The translations under genes and the position numbers were made by a program. This document shows, piece after piece, positions 1 through 54,179 of a DNA stretch of 64,000 nucleotides (position 1 is the first letter of the stretch; the number at the start of each line of letters is the position of its first letter). Under the pieces are notes generated by a model. It saw nothing but the letters and a program-made list of their open reading frames with translations, did not search any database and was not told the origin of the DNA. Origin of the DNA: Macrostomum lignano (taxonomy: Eukaryota); NCBI GenBank assembly GCA_002269645.1, contig NIVC01000083.1, positions 186,001 through 250,000 on the forward strand. Reading direction: 5' to 3'.

Positions 1-29
1 GACAGCTGTTAGTTTAGGTAGCTTATTGG

Positions 30-456
30 TTGGGTAGTTAGTGGGGTAGGCAGATTAGTAGTCAGTTGGGTAGGCAGATTGGTAGACAGTTGGGTAGGTA
101 GATTGGTAGACAGTTGGGTAGGTAGATTGGTAGATGGGTAGGGGCAGATTGTTAGATAATTGGGTAGGGGCAGATTGGTAGACAGTTGGGTAGGCAGATT
201 GGTAGACAATTGGGTAGGGGTAGATTGGTAGACAGTTGGGTAGGCAGATTGGTAGACAGTTGGGTAGGTAGATTGGTAGACAGTTGGGTAGGGGCAGATT
301 GGTAGACAGTTGGGCAGGCAGATTGGTAGACAGTTGGGTAGGCACATTGGTAGACAGTTGGGTAGGAAAATTGGTAGACAGTTGGGTAGGCACATTGGTA
401 GACAGTGGGGTAGGCAAATTGGTAGACAGTTGGGTAGGCAGATTGGTAGACGGTAG
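30..456. repeat. 24-bp minisatellite TTGGGTAGGCAGATTGGTAGACAG
   Basis: Tandem copies; begins about 9 nt into Eph intron 9. Confidence 0.9.
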
Positions 457-465
457 ACAGCTCAC

Positions 466-38361
<37,896 letters not shown>

Positions 38362-39039
38362 TGCTGTCCTAATAAATAAATTCATTATTTATTACTACTG
38401 GGGAAATAGCTTATTAAAAAACTAATTGGCAGTGTAAAAAATCACACTTTAGGAAGCTTTTTTCACTCCAGCCGCTGCTTCTTCCAGGGGGGAGGGAGAG
38501 TGAGGCGGGTTCTCATAAACTTATCCACCAATAAGAATTGCTTTGGGCAGCAAGCATTCTGCTTTCTCCATACCAGCCAAGGAATGCTAATTTTTTCTAA
38601 ACCCTGGACTACAAAATAGATGTCTGGAAAGTGAGGCGAAAGCTAACCAGTGTAAAACAATTTACCAAATGAAAGAGGTGTTAAGTTCTTAGAAAGCTAC
38701 TAGGTTTGAGTTCTTTAATCCTCAAGGTTAAACCTCTACCAAAGTCTCAATAACTGGGATCGATATTATAAATCAGGTTTTGATTCTAACGCACACGATT
38801 GACTTGGGCTTGCCAGTCTGGTTAAGCACAGTAGCTATGGGGGTATGATTTTCTCAAAGCAATGGATTTCTTTTCATGCTTGACCAGCTGTTTCCTGGTT
38901 TGAAAGGAATGGAGAAACGGGGGGGGATTGTTTAGTGCTGTTTTATAACCGAAAATATTTTTTTAGTGCGCTTCGCAATTTTTTTCAACGGTTTCTTTTT
39001 TAAGTTTGGTCTGTTTTCGGGTCTGAATGGTACTGGAGG

Positions 39040-39455
39040 GGAGTGAGAAGGGAGTGACAGTGGAGTGAAAGTGGAGTGAGAAAGGAGTGACAGTGGAGTA
39101 AGAGTGGAGTGAGATCAGAGTGACAGTAGAGTGAGATCGGAGTGACAGTGGAGTGACAGTGGAGTGAGATCGGAGTGACAGTGTAGTGAGATCGGAGTGA
39201 CAGTGGAGTGACAGTGGAGTGAGATCGGAGTGACAGTGTAGTGAGATCGGAGTGACAGTGGAGTGAGAGTGGAGTGACAGTGAAGTGAGATCGGAGTGAC
39301 AGTGGAGTGAGAGTGGAGTGACAGTGGAGTGAGAGGGGAGCGACAGTGGAGTGACAGTGGGCTGACTTTGGGGTGAGAGGGGAGTAACAGTGGGGTGACC
39401 GCGGGGTGAGGAAGGCGTGAGTGGAGTAGCAGTGAAGTGAGAGTTGAGTGAGAGG
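39040..39455. repeat. GTGACAGTGGA/GTGAGATCGGA minisatellite
   Basis: Direct. Confidence 0.85.
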
Positions 39456-40399
39456 ACAGAGGAAAGTCAAACAAGATAAGCGTTATAACTCTAATTAATT
39501 TCTTTAGTCGGGAACTTTAAAATAACGAAAAGGATGACCAAGTAAAACAGCAGGCCACCAGGTGAAAACCATTACACAATTCCAAGATAGGTCCAAGTCA
39601 AATTAGAACGAGTCTCCAAGACAAAAACAGCTTTCTCAGTACAAAGAATGCAAATTAGGTAAGCAGAAAAAAAACTTGATTTAATTGATCAAGGGTCAAC
39701 TACAATTTATGATGCAACCCAGATGACCCTAATTGGCCAATCGCAGACACCATCAACTTCCTGCAAAAATAGCCAAGCGCAATCGAAACTTGAGATGCTG
39801 GACAAAAGCTAGCAGAAAATCCAGGTAGACAAACCGTTTTTTTGCGTGCGAAATTCTCTTTCAACCAAAGGTACAAACGACCACCCAGGAAAAAAGAAGA
39901 AGCAATTCCGACTCTTTGTTTGCAAAGCTTTTAAAGAAATTTCTCATCCAGCATTGCAGAGGTATCTAATGTACATAGGATAGACAAAAAACTTCAATCG
40001 CTCATTGTCAATGCTCAAAACTAAAGTCTCAGCGCCATTAGCGAAAGAAATATGTTTTCGGGGGGCATCATGGCGCATCATCCAGAATGCATGATGCCTT
40101 AATCACCCGACAATATTCGTGAGCACACACGCACAAATACGCACTCTTTTTCTGCTACCAGAAGAGCACAAGACAGTATAGGGATTCGGTCTTATCAGGA
40201 AACTGGGCAAGCAGCTGCCTCATGAGTCATCTTCGACTCTTAGTGAGTTCCCTTAACCAGGCTTCCTAGTCAACAAAAATTCAATGTTTTTTTACCAGTT
40301 TAGAGGAGATACAAGTGTTTAAATTTTAAGACAAACATACCAAGTCGAATTATGGACAAAAACTACGTGAACTCTGGCAAGTTGCCGTTGGAGATTCTG

Positions 40400-41350
40400 A
40401 CACTGGCTTTGGCGCCACTCTCTGACTGACACTGATTTTGGCGCTACTCTAATACTGATTTTGGCGCCACCCTCTGATTGACATTGATTTTGGCGCCACT
40501 CTCGAACTGACACTGATTTTGGCGCCACTCTAATAATGATTTTGGCGCCACCCTCTGACTGACACTGATTTTGGCGCCACTCTAATACTGATTTTGGCGC
40601 CACTAAAATACTGATTTTGGCGCAACTCTAATACTGATTTTGGCGCCACTCTAATACTGATTTTTGCGCCACTCTAATACTGATTTTGGCGCCACTCTAA
40701 TACTGATTTTGGCGCCACCCTCTGACTGACACTGAATGTGGCGCCACTCTAATACTGATTTTGGCGCCACTCTAATACTGATTTTGGCGCCACTCTAATA
40801 CTGATTTTGGCGCCACTCTAATACTGATTTTGGCGCTACCCTCTGATTGACACTGATTTTGGCGCCACTGTGACACTGATTTTGGCGCCACCCTTTGACT
40901 GACACAGATTTTTGCGCCACACTAATACTGATTTTGGCATTACCCTCTGACTGACACTGATTTTGGCGCCACACTAATACTGATTTTGGCGCTACCCTCT
41001 GACTGACACTGATTTTGGCGCCACTCTAATACTCATTTTGGCGCCACTCTGACACTGATTTTGGCGCCACTCTCGGACTGACATTGATTTTGGCGCCACT
41101 CTCGAACAGACACAGATTTTGGCGCCACTCTGACACTAGCTTTGGCGCCACTCTCGGACTGACACTGATTTTGGCGCCACTCTGACTAACACTGGCTTTG
41201 ACGCCACTCTCGGACTGAGACTAATTTTGGCGCCACTCTGGCTAACACTGGCTTTGGCGCCACTCTCGGACTGACATTGATTTTGGCGCCACTCTGACTA
41301 ACACTGGCTTTGGCGCCACTCTCGGACTGACACTGATTTTGGCGCCACTT
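40400..41350. repeat. About 22-30 bp minisatellite with CTGATTTTGGCGCCACTCT core
   Basis: Direct. Confidence 0.92.
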
Positions 41351-42134
41351 CAGCAACATCAAAACTAAACTAATGGCTATACACTTTAGAAAACAGAGAC
41401 AAACGCCAGAAAAAACTCGCAGAAACAGAAGTTTATACGGTATACACATTAAACCAATTAATTAACCCGCTAGCCATCAATATACCGAAACAACAGTCCC
41501 CATAGCCACCATCGAATGCGGGCTAAAGTGTCGAGATAGGATTGTAGAAAGAAACTCGTCAACTACCCAGCTACGCTTCACTTTCAACTCTAAGCGTTCG
41601 CCAGAATTCAGCAATCTGAGCGTGTTTTTGGCCGGCTATAGTCTGTCAACTGCATCATGATGCCTACCCATGCTCGGCAGCTGTCATTAAGAAAGTATAA
41701 TATCTATGGCTAACTATAATTAGGTTTGCTTTTTGTTCCAGAAAATGTCTATCTGTCTGCCTGCCTGCCTGTCTGTGTGTGTGTGTGCACAGAAGGTTTT
41801 TAACAGTGTGAAGAAGTTTCTCTCACTTATCCATATATATATATATCCCTAAATAGTTGGCAACGCGGGGCCACAGCACTGAGTAGTCTATACACTCACT
41901 GCAAGGACAGGAAGGGCGCTTTATGCAGTGCGAGCCTCTTAAGTGTGAAGCGCAAACACTTGTGAGAACCGCTTGCTGCGAATTTGAGAGCAAAGACGAC
42001 TTAGAGAGAGAGAGGGGGGAGAACTGTATTTGAAAAGAAGACCCAAATACCCGCTGAACTGAAGTGAGAAATTAGAAAATATATATTATCGTCAACAAAC
42101 TTGAGCTGTAAAGATAAACTAAGAGACACAACTG

Positions 42135-43060
<926 letters not shown>

Positions 43061-43484
43061 ATGACAATGATAGAAATCGATATTGCAGCAACCATGGATC
43101 AATACTCCTGTAAAAGTGACTCAGAACGCACACAAATGCAGTACACTTTAATCTGCACTTCCTATCGCACACATCTGTCCTCATCAGCTCAACTCTCACT
43201 CAAACCCTGCAATGCTAGACTTCAGTCAATAAAAATGAATCGCAGTGCAGTCAAAGCAGTGCACACGGGGGAATATTTAGACACCAGTCAGCTATGGATT
43301 CAAATACTCAGATTTCCAATCTACAAATACCTCACTGAGAGTCGGCCAGGGCAGGATTAATAATGAATGTGATAAAGCGATGCAATCAGTTTGAATTTCT
43401 GATAAAGAATCGCTCAAAATATTTAGAATGTTTTAAGCAGTAATGAGAGGAAAAGAGAAAGGGACATTTTCGACAGCTCGAAAA

Positions 43485-44070
<586 letters not shown>

Positions 44071-44899
44071 GAGGTAAACAATGAAAGGGCAGCATGCAGG
44101 GAGGTGCAGGGCGGGAATGAGAGACAAATCTGCCAAAATGTGATCAAACAAAACGCACGACAAACCGGTTGAAACGGAAGAGACTCCAGGAAGGGAGACC
44201 AGAAAGAGAAATATGCTTGGCTAAAAGCAGAAAACCGCAGCAGACCTACGAGAGTCAGCAGTCAAATTCGCAGATACATCATGCAGTTTCACTAGCATGG
44301 ATATAGCAGAGGGAAACAGATCCCATCCCAGCCTAGAGCTGGAGAAGGCTTTGAAAAAGAATTTTCAAAAGGAAAACGGCGGCACCTTTGCATACCTAAA
44401 CACCCCCTATTTAACAGAGGCCCAGGCCAATACAGTTTGCTAAGCATCAGCTACTCACCTCAGGAAAGCGATGCGGAATTGACACCATTTGCCACCAACC
44501 TCCTTCCCTCCCCAATTTTCCCTTGCCCTCACCTGCCTAGTAGCCATGGGAAGCCATTAATTCTCCCTTCTACTACAGGCGCAGCTTGTCAATGAATGCT
44601 CACTGAAGTGTGGCAGGTGTTGGCAACCTTGCCGCTCCAGACCACTCAAGCCGACTCTTGCATATATTGAAGTTTTCTATATACATGTATAATAAATTTA
44701 AAAAGTATAGTTTCTGGATTCTAGCGCCTGAAGTGAAGTGGGCAAAAACCTATCGAACGGCTCAATTTTCTGTAGCTTCTCTTCTGAACCTTGCAGACAG
44801 AGCAGGGAATTAGCTGAAATTAGAAGCCAGCCGAGAAAAGGTGAATTGTAAACAATTTGTTCTTCTACCTTTTCACCTTATCTCTCTCATCCCTGCTGT

Positions 44900-45775
44900 T
44901 CCTTCTCATCTTTTATCTCACCCACTCTCCCCTCTACCCTTATCTCACCCTCTCTCCCCTCTACCCTTATCTCACCCACTCTCCCCTCTACCCTTATCTC
45001 ACCCTCTCTCCCCTCTACCCTTATCTCACCCACTCTCCCCTCTACCCTTATCTCACCCTCTCTCCTTACCTCACCCAGTCTCCCTTATCTCACCCACTCT
45101 CTTCTTATCTCATCCCCTCTACCCTCTACCCACTCTCCCCTCTACCCTTATCTCACCCACTCTCCCTCTACCCTTATCTCACCCACTCTCCCTCTACCCT
45201 TATCTCACCCTCTCTCCCCTCTACCCTTATCTCACCCACTCTCCCCTCTACCCTTATCTCACCCACTCTCCCCTCTACCCTTATCTCACCCTCTCTCCCC
45301 TCTACCCTTATCTCACCCACTCTCCCCTCTACCCTTATCTCACCCACTCTCCCCTCTACCCTTATCTCACCCACTCTCCCCTCTACCCTTATCTCACCCA
45401 CTCTCCCCTCTACCCTTATCTCACCCTCTCTCCTTACCTCACCCACTCTCCCCTTATCTCACCCACTCTCTCCTTATCTCACCCACTCTCTCCTTATCTC
45501 ATCCACTTTCTCCTTATCTCACCCACTCTCCCCTTATCTCACCCACTCTCTCCTTATCTCACCCACTCTCCCCTTATCTCACCCACTCTCCCCTTATCTC
45601 ACCCACTCTCCCCTTATCTCACCCACTCTCACCTTATCTCACCCACTCTCCCCTTATCTCACCCACTCTCCCCTTATCTCACCCACTCTCTCCTTATTTC
45701 ACCCACTCTCCCCTTATCTCATCCCACTCTCCCAAAATCTCACCCACTCTACCCTAATCTCACCCACTCTAATTC
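44900..45775. repeat. CT-rich 27-bp/20-bp minisatellite TTATCTCACCCACTCTCCCC(TCTACCC)
   Basis: Direct. Confidence 0.92.
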
Positions 45776-46379
45776 TGCAATACCCTTCATCTCTCTAATT
45801 CATAGCTCTTATTTCTCCTATTTATGTAGCCATTTCCATCCCACACTTTTGACGCTCTTCAGGCGTCACAAGCAGGCTAATCAACAGCGAACAAACAGAC
45901 ACAAATGACTTGATAATATAAATGGATTACAGACTTGCATCAAGAAGTGGAAGCAGAAAATATCAACAGAACAACCAGAAAGAAAAGTTCTTGACTTCTG
46001 TACCGGCACCAGAAAGTATCAATTTTGTAGTGTTTGCTAGAACAAACTGCTCCCTTTCCGGAATCCTAGAAGCCCAGTTGGCGGACGGCAGAACAATTAG
46101 GCCAGCTTATACCAACAATAAGTGATTATGCGCAGGCACACATATATAATCGACAAGATGTCACTTGGCTACATTTATTAAAAATAGCTAACAAATTCGC
46201 TTGTTGAACGGTGAGAACTGAAAAACTAAGGCAATAAATTTTACGAATTATTTTATAACCCACCGGCTAGTACGAAGTGTAACTGCGTAGGTTCAATATC
46301 TGAGGTTCTAATAGAATTAGGGACTTCGAAACCTGACGAATCTGCACGCATTGTGATTACCAAAGCAGAAAATGGAAGA

Positions 46380-47650
46380 TGGAATCAGAGGAGGAAGATG
46401 GGATCAGAGAGAAAGGGGGACATGGAGATGGGATCAGATGAGGGATATGGGAGTAGAGAGGAGGGAGATAGGACCAGAGGAGGGAAATGGGAGCAGAGGA
46501 GGGAGATGGGAGCAGAGAGGAGGGAGATGGCATCAGAGGAGGGAAATGGGAGCAGAGAGGAGGGAGATGGGAGCAGAGAGGAGGGAGATGGCATCAGAGG
46601 AGGGAAATGGGAGCAGAGAGGAGGGAGATGGCATCAGAGGAGGGAAATGGGAGCAGAGAGGAGGGAAATGGGAGCAGAGAGGAGGGAGATGGGATCAGAG
46701 GAGGGAAATGGGAGCAGAGAGGAGGGAGATAGGACCAGAGGAGGGAAATGGGAGCAGAGAGGAGGGAGATGGCATCAGAGGAGGGAGATGGGAGCAGAGG
46801 AGGGATATGGGAGCAGAGGAGGGATATGGGAGCAGAGGAGGGTATGGGAGCAGAGGAGGGATATGGGAGCAGAGGAGGGATATGGGAGCAGAGGAGGGAT
46901 ATGGGAGCAGAGGAGGGATAAGGGAGCAGAGGAGGGATATGGGAGCAAAGGAGGGATATGGGAGCAGAGGGGGAGATGGGATCAGAGAGGAGGGAGATGG
47001 GATCAGAGAGGAGGGAGATGGGATCAGAGAGGGGGAGATGGGATCAGAGAGGGGGGATGGGATCAGAGAGGGGGAGATGGGATCAGAGAGGGGGAGATGG
47101 GATCAGAGAGGGGGAGATGGGATCAGAGAGGAGGAGATGGGATCAGAGAGGGGGAGATGGGATCAGAGAGGGGGAGATGGGATCAGAGAGGAGGGAGATG
47201 GGATCAGAGAGGGGGAGATGACATCAGAGGAGGAAGATAGGATCAGAGGATGGAGATAGGATCAGAGAGGAGGGAGATGGGATCAGAGGAGGAAGATAGG
47301 ATCAGAGGAGGAAGATAGGATCAGAGGATGGAGATGGGATCAGAGAGGAGGGAGATGGGATCAGAGGAGGAAGATAGGATCAGAGGATGGAGATGGGATC
47401 AGAGAGGAGGGAGATGGGATCAGAGAGGAGGGAGATGGGATCAGAGAGGGGGAGATGACATCAGAGGAGGAAGATAGGATCAGAGGATGGATGGGATCAG
47501 AGAGGAGGGAGATGGGATCAGAGAGGAGGGAGATGGGATCAGAGAGGGGGAGATGACATCAGAGGAGGAAGATAGGATCAGAGGATGGAGATGGGATCAG
47601 AGAGGAGGGAGATGGGATCAGAGAGGGGGAGATGGGATCAGAGAGCAAAG
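46380..47650. repeat. Purine-rich about 21-bp minisatellite GGGATCAGAGAGG(A)GGGAGAT
   Basis: Direct. Confidence 0.92.
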
Positions 47651-48049
47651 ACAGACAGAAAGTAGATACATACATGTATTGAAAGGAAAGATGCATCAGA
47701 CAGATGGCCCACAATGAGCAATCAACAAATGCAAGGAGCAACTCAAAGTTGTTAACAAATAGAAAAACAGGGATAAAAAACTGAAGCGCAGCGATGCTGT
47801 ATACCTTAGTTCTTCATCTCAACTGCGCGGTACAGGTAGCTAGACTTTGGGGCTTCAAAAAAGCCATTATGAATTTAGAAAAAACCCTGTCTGCGAAGCA
47901 TCTGTGTTGCAGACTCCTACAAGCTTTAGTAAAAAAGAAGAATGAAAAAACCTTACTGTCAAGTGGTTGGGCCTTGGTGAACAGAAAATATTGTTACACA
48001 GGAGAGGGACATCAAGGAGAACTGGATGTAGGTAGAGTCTGGTAGGGTT

Positions 48050-49740
48050 GCTAGTTTGCGAAGATTCTATAGTTTGCGAAGACTGCAGTTTGCGAAGACT
48101 GCAGTTTGCGAAGACTGCAGTTTGCGAAGATTCTATAGTTTGTGAAGACTGCAGTTTGTGAAGACTGCAGTTTGCGAAGATTCTATAGTTTGTGAAGACT
48201 GCAGTTTGTGAAGACTGCAGTTTGCGAAGATTCTATAGTAGTCTTGTGAAGACTGTAGTTTGCGAAGATTCTATAGTTTGTGAAGACTGCAGTTTGTGAA
48301 GATTCTGTAGTTTGTGAAGACTGTAGTTTGTGAAGACTGTAGTTTGTGATGACTGTAGTTTGTGAAGACTGTAGTTTGTGATGACTGTAGTTTGTGAAGA
48401 CTGTAGTTTGTGAAGACTGTAGTTTGTGATGACTGTAGTTTGTGAAGACTGTAGTTTGTGATGACTGTAGTTTGTGAAGACTGTAGTTTGTGAAGACTGT
48501 AGTTTGTGAAGACTGTAGTTTGTGATGACTGTAGTTTGTGAAGACTGTAGTTTGTGATGACTGTAGTTTGTGAAGACTGTAGTTTGTGAAGACTGTAGTT
48601 TGTGATGACTGTAGTTTGTGAAGACTGTAGTTTGTGATGACTGTAGTTTGTGAAGACTGTAGTTTGTGAAGACTGTAGTTTGTGAAGACTGTAGTTTGTG
48701 ATGACTGTAGTTTGTGATGAGTAGTTTGTGAAGACTGTAGTTTGTGAAGACTGTAGTTTGTGATTACTGTAGTTTGTGATGACTGTAGTTTGTGATGAGT
48801 AGTTTGTGAAGACTGTAGTTTGTGAAGACTGTAGTTTGTGATTACTGTAGTTTGTGATGACTAGTTTGTGATGACTGTAGTTTGTGAAGACTGTAGTTTG
48901 TGATGACTGTGGTTTGTGATGAGTGTAGTTTGTGATGAGTGTAGTTTGTGATGACTGTAGTTTGTGAAGACTTAAGTTTGTGATGACTGTGGTTTGTGAT
49001 GAGTGTAGTTTGTGATGAGTGTAGTTTGTGATGACTGTAGTTTGTGAAGACTTAAGTTTGTGATGACTGTAGTTTGTGATGACTGTAGTTTGTGAAGACT
49101 GTAGTTTGTGAAGACTGTAGTTTGTGAAGACTGTAGTTTGTGATGACTGTAGTTTGTGAAGACTGTAGTTTGTGATGACTGTAGTTTGTGAAGACTGTAG
49201 TTTGTGAAGACTGTAGTTTGTGATGACTGTAGTTTGTGAAGACTGTAGTTTGTGATGACTGTAGTTTGTGAAGACTGTAGTTTGTGAAGACTGTAGTTTG
49301 TGAAGACTGTAGTTTGTGATGACTGTAGTTTGTGATGAGTAGTTTGTGAAGACTGTAGTTTGTGAAGACTGTAGTTTGTGATTACTGTAGTTTGTGATGA
49401 CTGTAGTTTGTGATGAGTAGTTTGTGAAGACTGTAGTTTGTGAAGACTGTAGTTTGTGATTACTGTAGTTTGTGATGACTAGTTTGTGATGACTGTAGTT
49501 TGTGAAGACTGTAGTTTGTGATGACTGTGGTTTGTGATGAGTGTAGTTTGTGATGAGTGTAGTTTGTGATGACTGTAGTTTGTGAAGACTTAAGTTTGTG
49601 ATGACTGTAGTTTGTGATGAGTGTAGTTTGTGATGAGTGTAGTTTGTGATGACTGTAGTTTGTGAAGACTTAAGTTTGTGATGACTGTAGTTTGATGACT
49701 GTAGTTTGTGAAGACTGTAGTTTGTGAAGATTCTATATTT
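48050..49740. repeat. 16-bp minisatellite GACTGTAGTTTGTGA(A/T)
   Basis: Direct; 618-bp internal duplication. Confidence 0.95.
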
Positions 49741-50439
49741 TGTGAAGAGGTCACACAGAAGTTATTATCATACATAACGCTAGTTAAAATTTGTAAGTCC
49801 AACATTCTAGTTCCAAATCTCCATGAAGAAGAATTCAGCAAGCTGGAGAAAAAAAAATAAGAAGGTCGGGCCCGACTTAAGTGGCCCTCTAAATGCAGCC
49901 TCCTAACACTGCAGCAGGTCTTCATCCAATACTACAGGACACAAGAGCTGCTGGAATTGGCTGCCCTGCCGCGCAACCTGGCAGCTGTGAAGGATCCTTT
50001 AGAAGTCATTGATCCATATTATATAGCCCCCAGAGGCGCTGCTCAAGTCGCTTGGGAGTGGGGGGGGGGTTGAGGGAGAAAGAAAAAAGTTGCCAGAAAA
50101 CAGCAGTTGCTGCTGCTGCTCCTGCAAGAAGAAGACCTGACCTACTCAACCGTCCAAACTGGGAGGCCAAAGAGCAAAAAAGTAGAGATTCTACAATACA
50201 CATCAGTTGCGCATGTTACAGACAGTAACATGTCATGTCATAGGACTGGGTTAAATTCACAACAAGCATGGTCTCTCATGTTCCATAACAGCTGTTGATG
50301 ACAAACAAAGCAATGCTTTCGCGACAGTCGATCCGCAGTCATGCCCGTTGGACGCTGAGTAATCACCATGGCAGATAATAAAAATAATGATTAATAACTT
50401 AGTAAAATATTAATCATGATAGATAATAGTCAAGATAAC

Positions 50440-52110
50440 TAATCACCCACTTAAATGATAATAACGATGATTAATCACTCAGTTAGATGATAATCACAAT
50501 GATTAATCACTCAGTTAGATGACAATCACGATGATTATTCACTCAGTTAGATGATAATTACAATGATTAATCACTCAGTTAGATGATAATCACGATAATC
50601 AATCACCCAGTTAGATGATAATCACGATGATTAATCACCCAGTTAGATGATAATCACGATGATTAATCACCCAGTTAGATGATAATCACGATAATCAATC
50701 ACCCAGTTAGATGATAATCACAATGATTAATCACCCAGTTAGATGATAATCACGATGATTAATCACCCAGTTAGATGACAATCACGATGATTAATCACCC
50801 AGTTAGATGATAATCACGATAATCAATCACCCAGTTAGATGATAATCACGATAATCAATCACCCAGTTAGATGATAATCACGATGATTAATCACTCAGTT
50901 AGATGATAATCACAATGATTAATCACTCAGTTAGATGACAATCACGATGATTAATCACCCAGTTAGATGATAATCACGATGATTAATCACCCAGTTAAAT
51001 GATAATCACGATGATTAATCACTCAGTTAGATGATAATCACAATGATTAATCACTCAGTTAGATGACAATCACGATGATTATTCACTCAGTTAGATGATA
51101 ATTACAATGATTAATCACTCAGTTAGATGATAATCACGATAATCAATCACCCAGTTAGATGATAATCACGATGATTAATCACCCAGTTAGATGACAATCA
51201 CGATGATTAATCACCCAGTTAGATGATAATCACGATAATCAATCACCCAGTTAGATGATAATCACGATAATCAATCACCCAGTTAGATGATAATCACGAT
51301 AATCAATCACCCAGTTAGATGACAATCACGATAATCAATCACCCAGTTAGATGATAATCACGATGATTAATCACCCAGTTAGATGACAATCACGATGATT
51401 AATCACCCAGTTAGATGATAATCACGATAATCAATCACCCAGTTAGATGATAATCACGATAATCAATCACCCAGTTAGATGATAATCACGATAATCAATC
51501 ACCCAGTTAGATGACAATCACGATGATTAATCACCCAGTTAGATGATAATCACGATGATTAATCACCCAGTTAGATGACAATCACGATAATCAATCACCC
51601 AGTTAGATGATAATCACGATAATCAATCATCCAGTTAGATGATAATCACGATAATCAATCACCCAGTTAGATGATAATCACGATAATCAATCACCCAGTT
51701 AGATGATAATCACGATGATTAATCACCCAGTTAGATGATAATCACGATAATCAATCACCCAGTTAGATGATAATCACGATAATCAATCACCCAGTTAGAT
51801 GATAATCACGATAATCAATCACCCAGTTAGATGATAATCACGATGATTAATCACCCAGTTAGATGATAATCACGATAATCAATCACCCAGTTAGATGATA
51901 ATCACGATAATCAATCACCCAGTTAGATGACAATCACGATAATCAATCACCCAGTTAGATGATAATCACGATAATCAATCACCCAGTTAGATGATAATCA
52001 CGATAATCAATCACCCAGTTAGATGATAATCACGATAATCAATCACCCAGTTAGATGATAATCACGATGATTAATCACCCAGTTAGATGATAATCACGAC
52101 GATTAATCAA
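50440..52110. repeat. 32-bp minisatellite AATCACCCAGTTAGATGATAATCACGAT(GATT/AATC)
   Basis: Direct; 544-bp internal duplication. Confidence 0.95.
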
Positions 52111-52989
52111 TAAAGTTTATGCTTTCAATGATGATTCAATAATTAGTATTACAGTTAAAATCAAAGATTGTTCTTACTGAACACTACTTATACTCTGCCA
52201 AATAGTTTACAACTGAGTTAATAACCACATTTACCTCTACAATATTCTAGACATAACTGTAACGAAAAAATGAAAATTTATTTTAACAGCATTTAAACAA
52301 ACCAAATGAATGGAGTAAAATTTTATTTATAACCTCAAGCGACAGCTGGTAAAGTTGACAGTCACCCTCAGCTTGCAATCGGTTAAAAACTTTATTTAAC
52401 TATAATCCATATATAAAAAAGCATAAAAACACGACTTTATTATACTACTTAGATAGTACTTAGTAGTATATACACCAAATTTGATTACACGATTGACAAA
52501 TTCGTATTAAAATAATTTGCAGTTTATTTATTTTACTACCGAGTATAGTAGCTATGCGTTATAGTTGAGATAGAAATGCAGGACTGACAACACAAACTGG
52601 GATTATAAGATATTGTGAAAGATTTTCATGCGAACATGCTTAGGTATGGATTACCTTTAGATGTTATTAGATGAGAATGGCAAAGCAATAAAAGATCATT
52701 ATTGGGAGAAATCTAAGATGACTAGAACCCAGCTTCATCAACTATAATAGTTGTAGATACGAGCTATCCTTTGAACTCTGTTCAGATGGTCTAGATTTAG
52801 GCTACATACTACTATTAGTAACCCGAAACTATGCCTGATATTTATGCCTGTAGAGCGAATGCTACACCAAATTTTTTGTAAAAAACTTTTTGACAGCAGT
52901 TTTGCTTTTACACTACTATTAGTAGTTTTAGCCCAGACAGATCTTAGTAAAAGTAGTTGGGCTGCATGGGAGTCTCTCAAGGTAAAGAA

Positions 52990-52995
52990 TTTATT
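52990..52995 (-). promoter_or_regulatory. Candidate HDAC8 polyadenylation signal AATAAA
   Basis: AATAAA on the minus strand about 860 nt after the HDAC8 stop, beyond the TC-rich tract; position only. Confidence 0.2.
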
Positions 52996-53109
52996 GTGTT
53001 CATTCTTTAATCTTTCATACTAGGATCAGGGAACGTTAAGAAACTGCTGGCAGAAAACCGAGCTACTAAATTATTACCCTATTGGAACAAGAAAAGAAGA
53101 TCAGGACGG

Positions 53110-53790
<681 letters not shown>

Positions 53791-53852
53791 AGCGGGATGG
53801 CAGCAGGCATGCATGCATGTGTAGTGTATACTCAGATGTATACTTGGAAAGC

Positions 53853-54179
53853 CTAACGCAACTGCAGGGCCTCGGCAAGCCGTTTGAGATTCTCCACCGC
53901 CGATTCCACCAACAGTCGCAGCTCTGTCGAATCGTTCAAATTTCGTTTCAACGACGGCGTCACGTCTAAGCAGAAGTCCGGGCCGTACTGGGAGAAGAAG
54001 GAGTGCTCGGGGATGTCTTTGTCTAAGTCAACGCCAACAGCCAGGGCAGTGATGGCGGTCCACAGCTTGGCAGTTGACGGGAAATGATAGCCGCCACCGC
54101 CCAGGAGCAGCAGCGGCCGGCGGCTCTGCAGCAGAAGCTTCACGCAGTCCAGGTAGCCCGTCAGGGTGAGGTTAAAGAT
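53853..54179 (-). CDS. HDAC8: HDAC8 exon 3 with stop codon
   Basis: ccgcag|IFNLT...LLLLGGGGYHFPSTAKLW...EALQLR TAG. Confidence 0.92.
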   Translation of the reverse strand: MFNLTLTGYLDCVKLLLQSRRPLLLLGGGGYHFPSTAKLWTAITALAVGVDLDKDIPEHSFFSQYGPDFCLDVTPSLKRNLNDSTELRLLVESAVENLKRLAEALQLR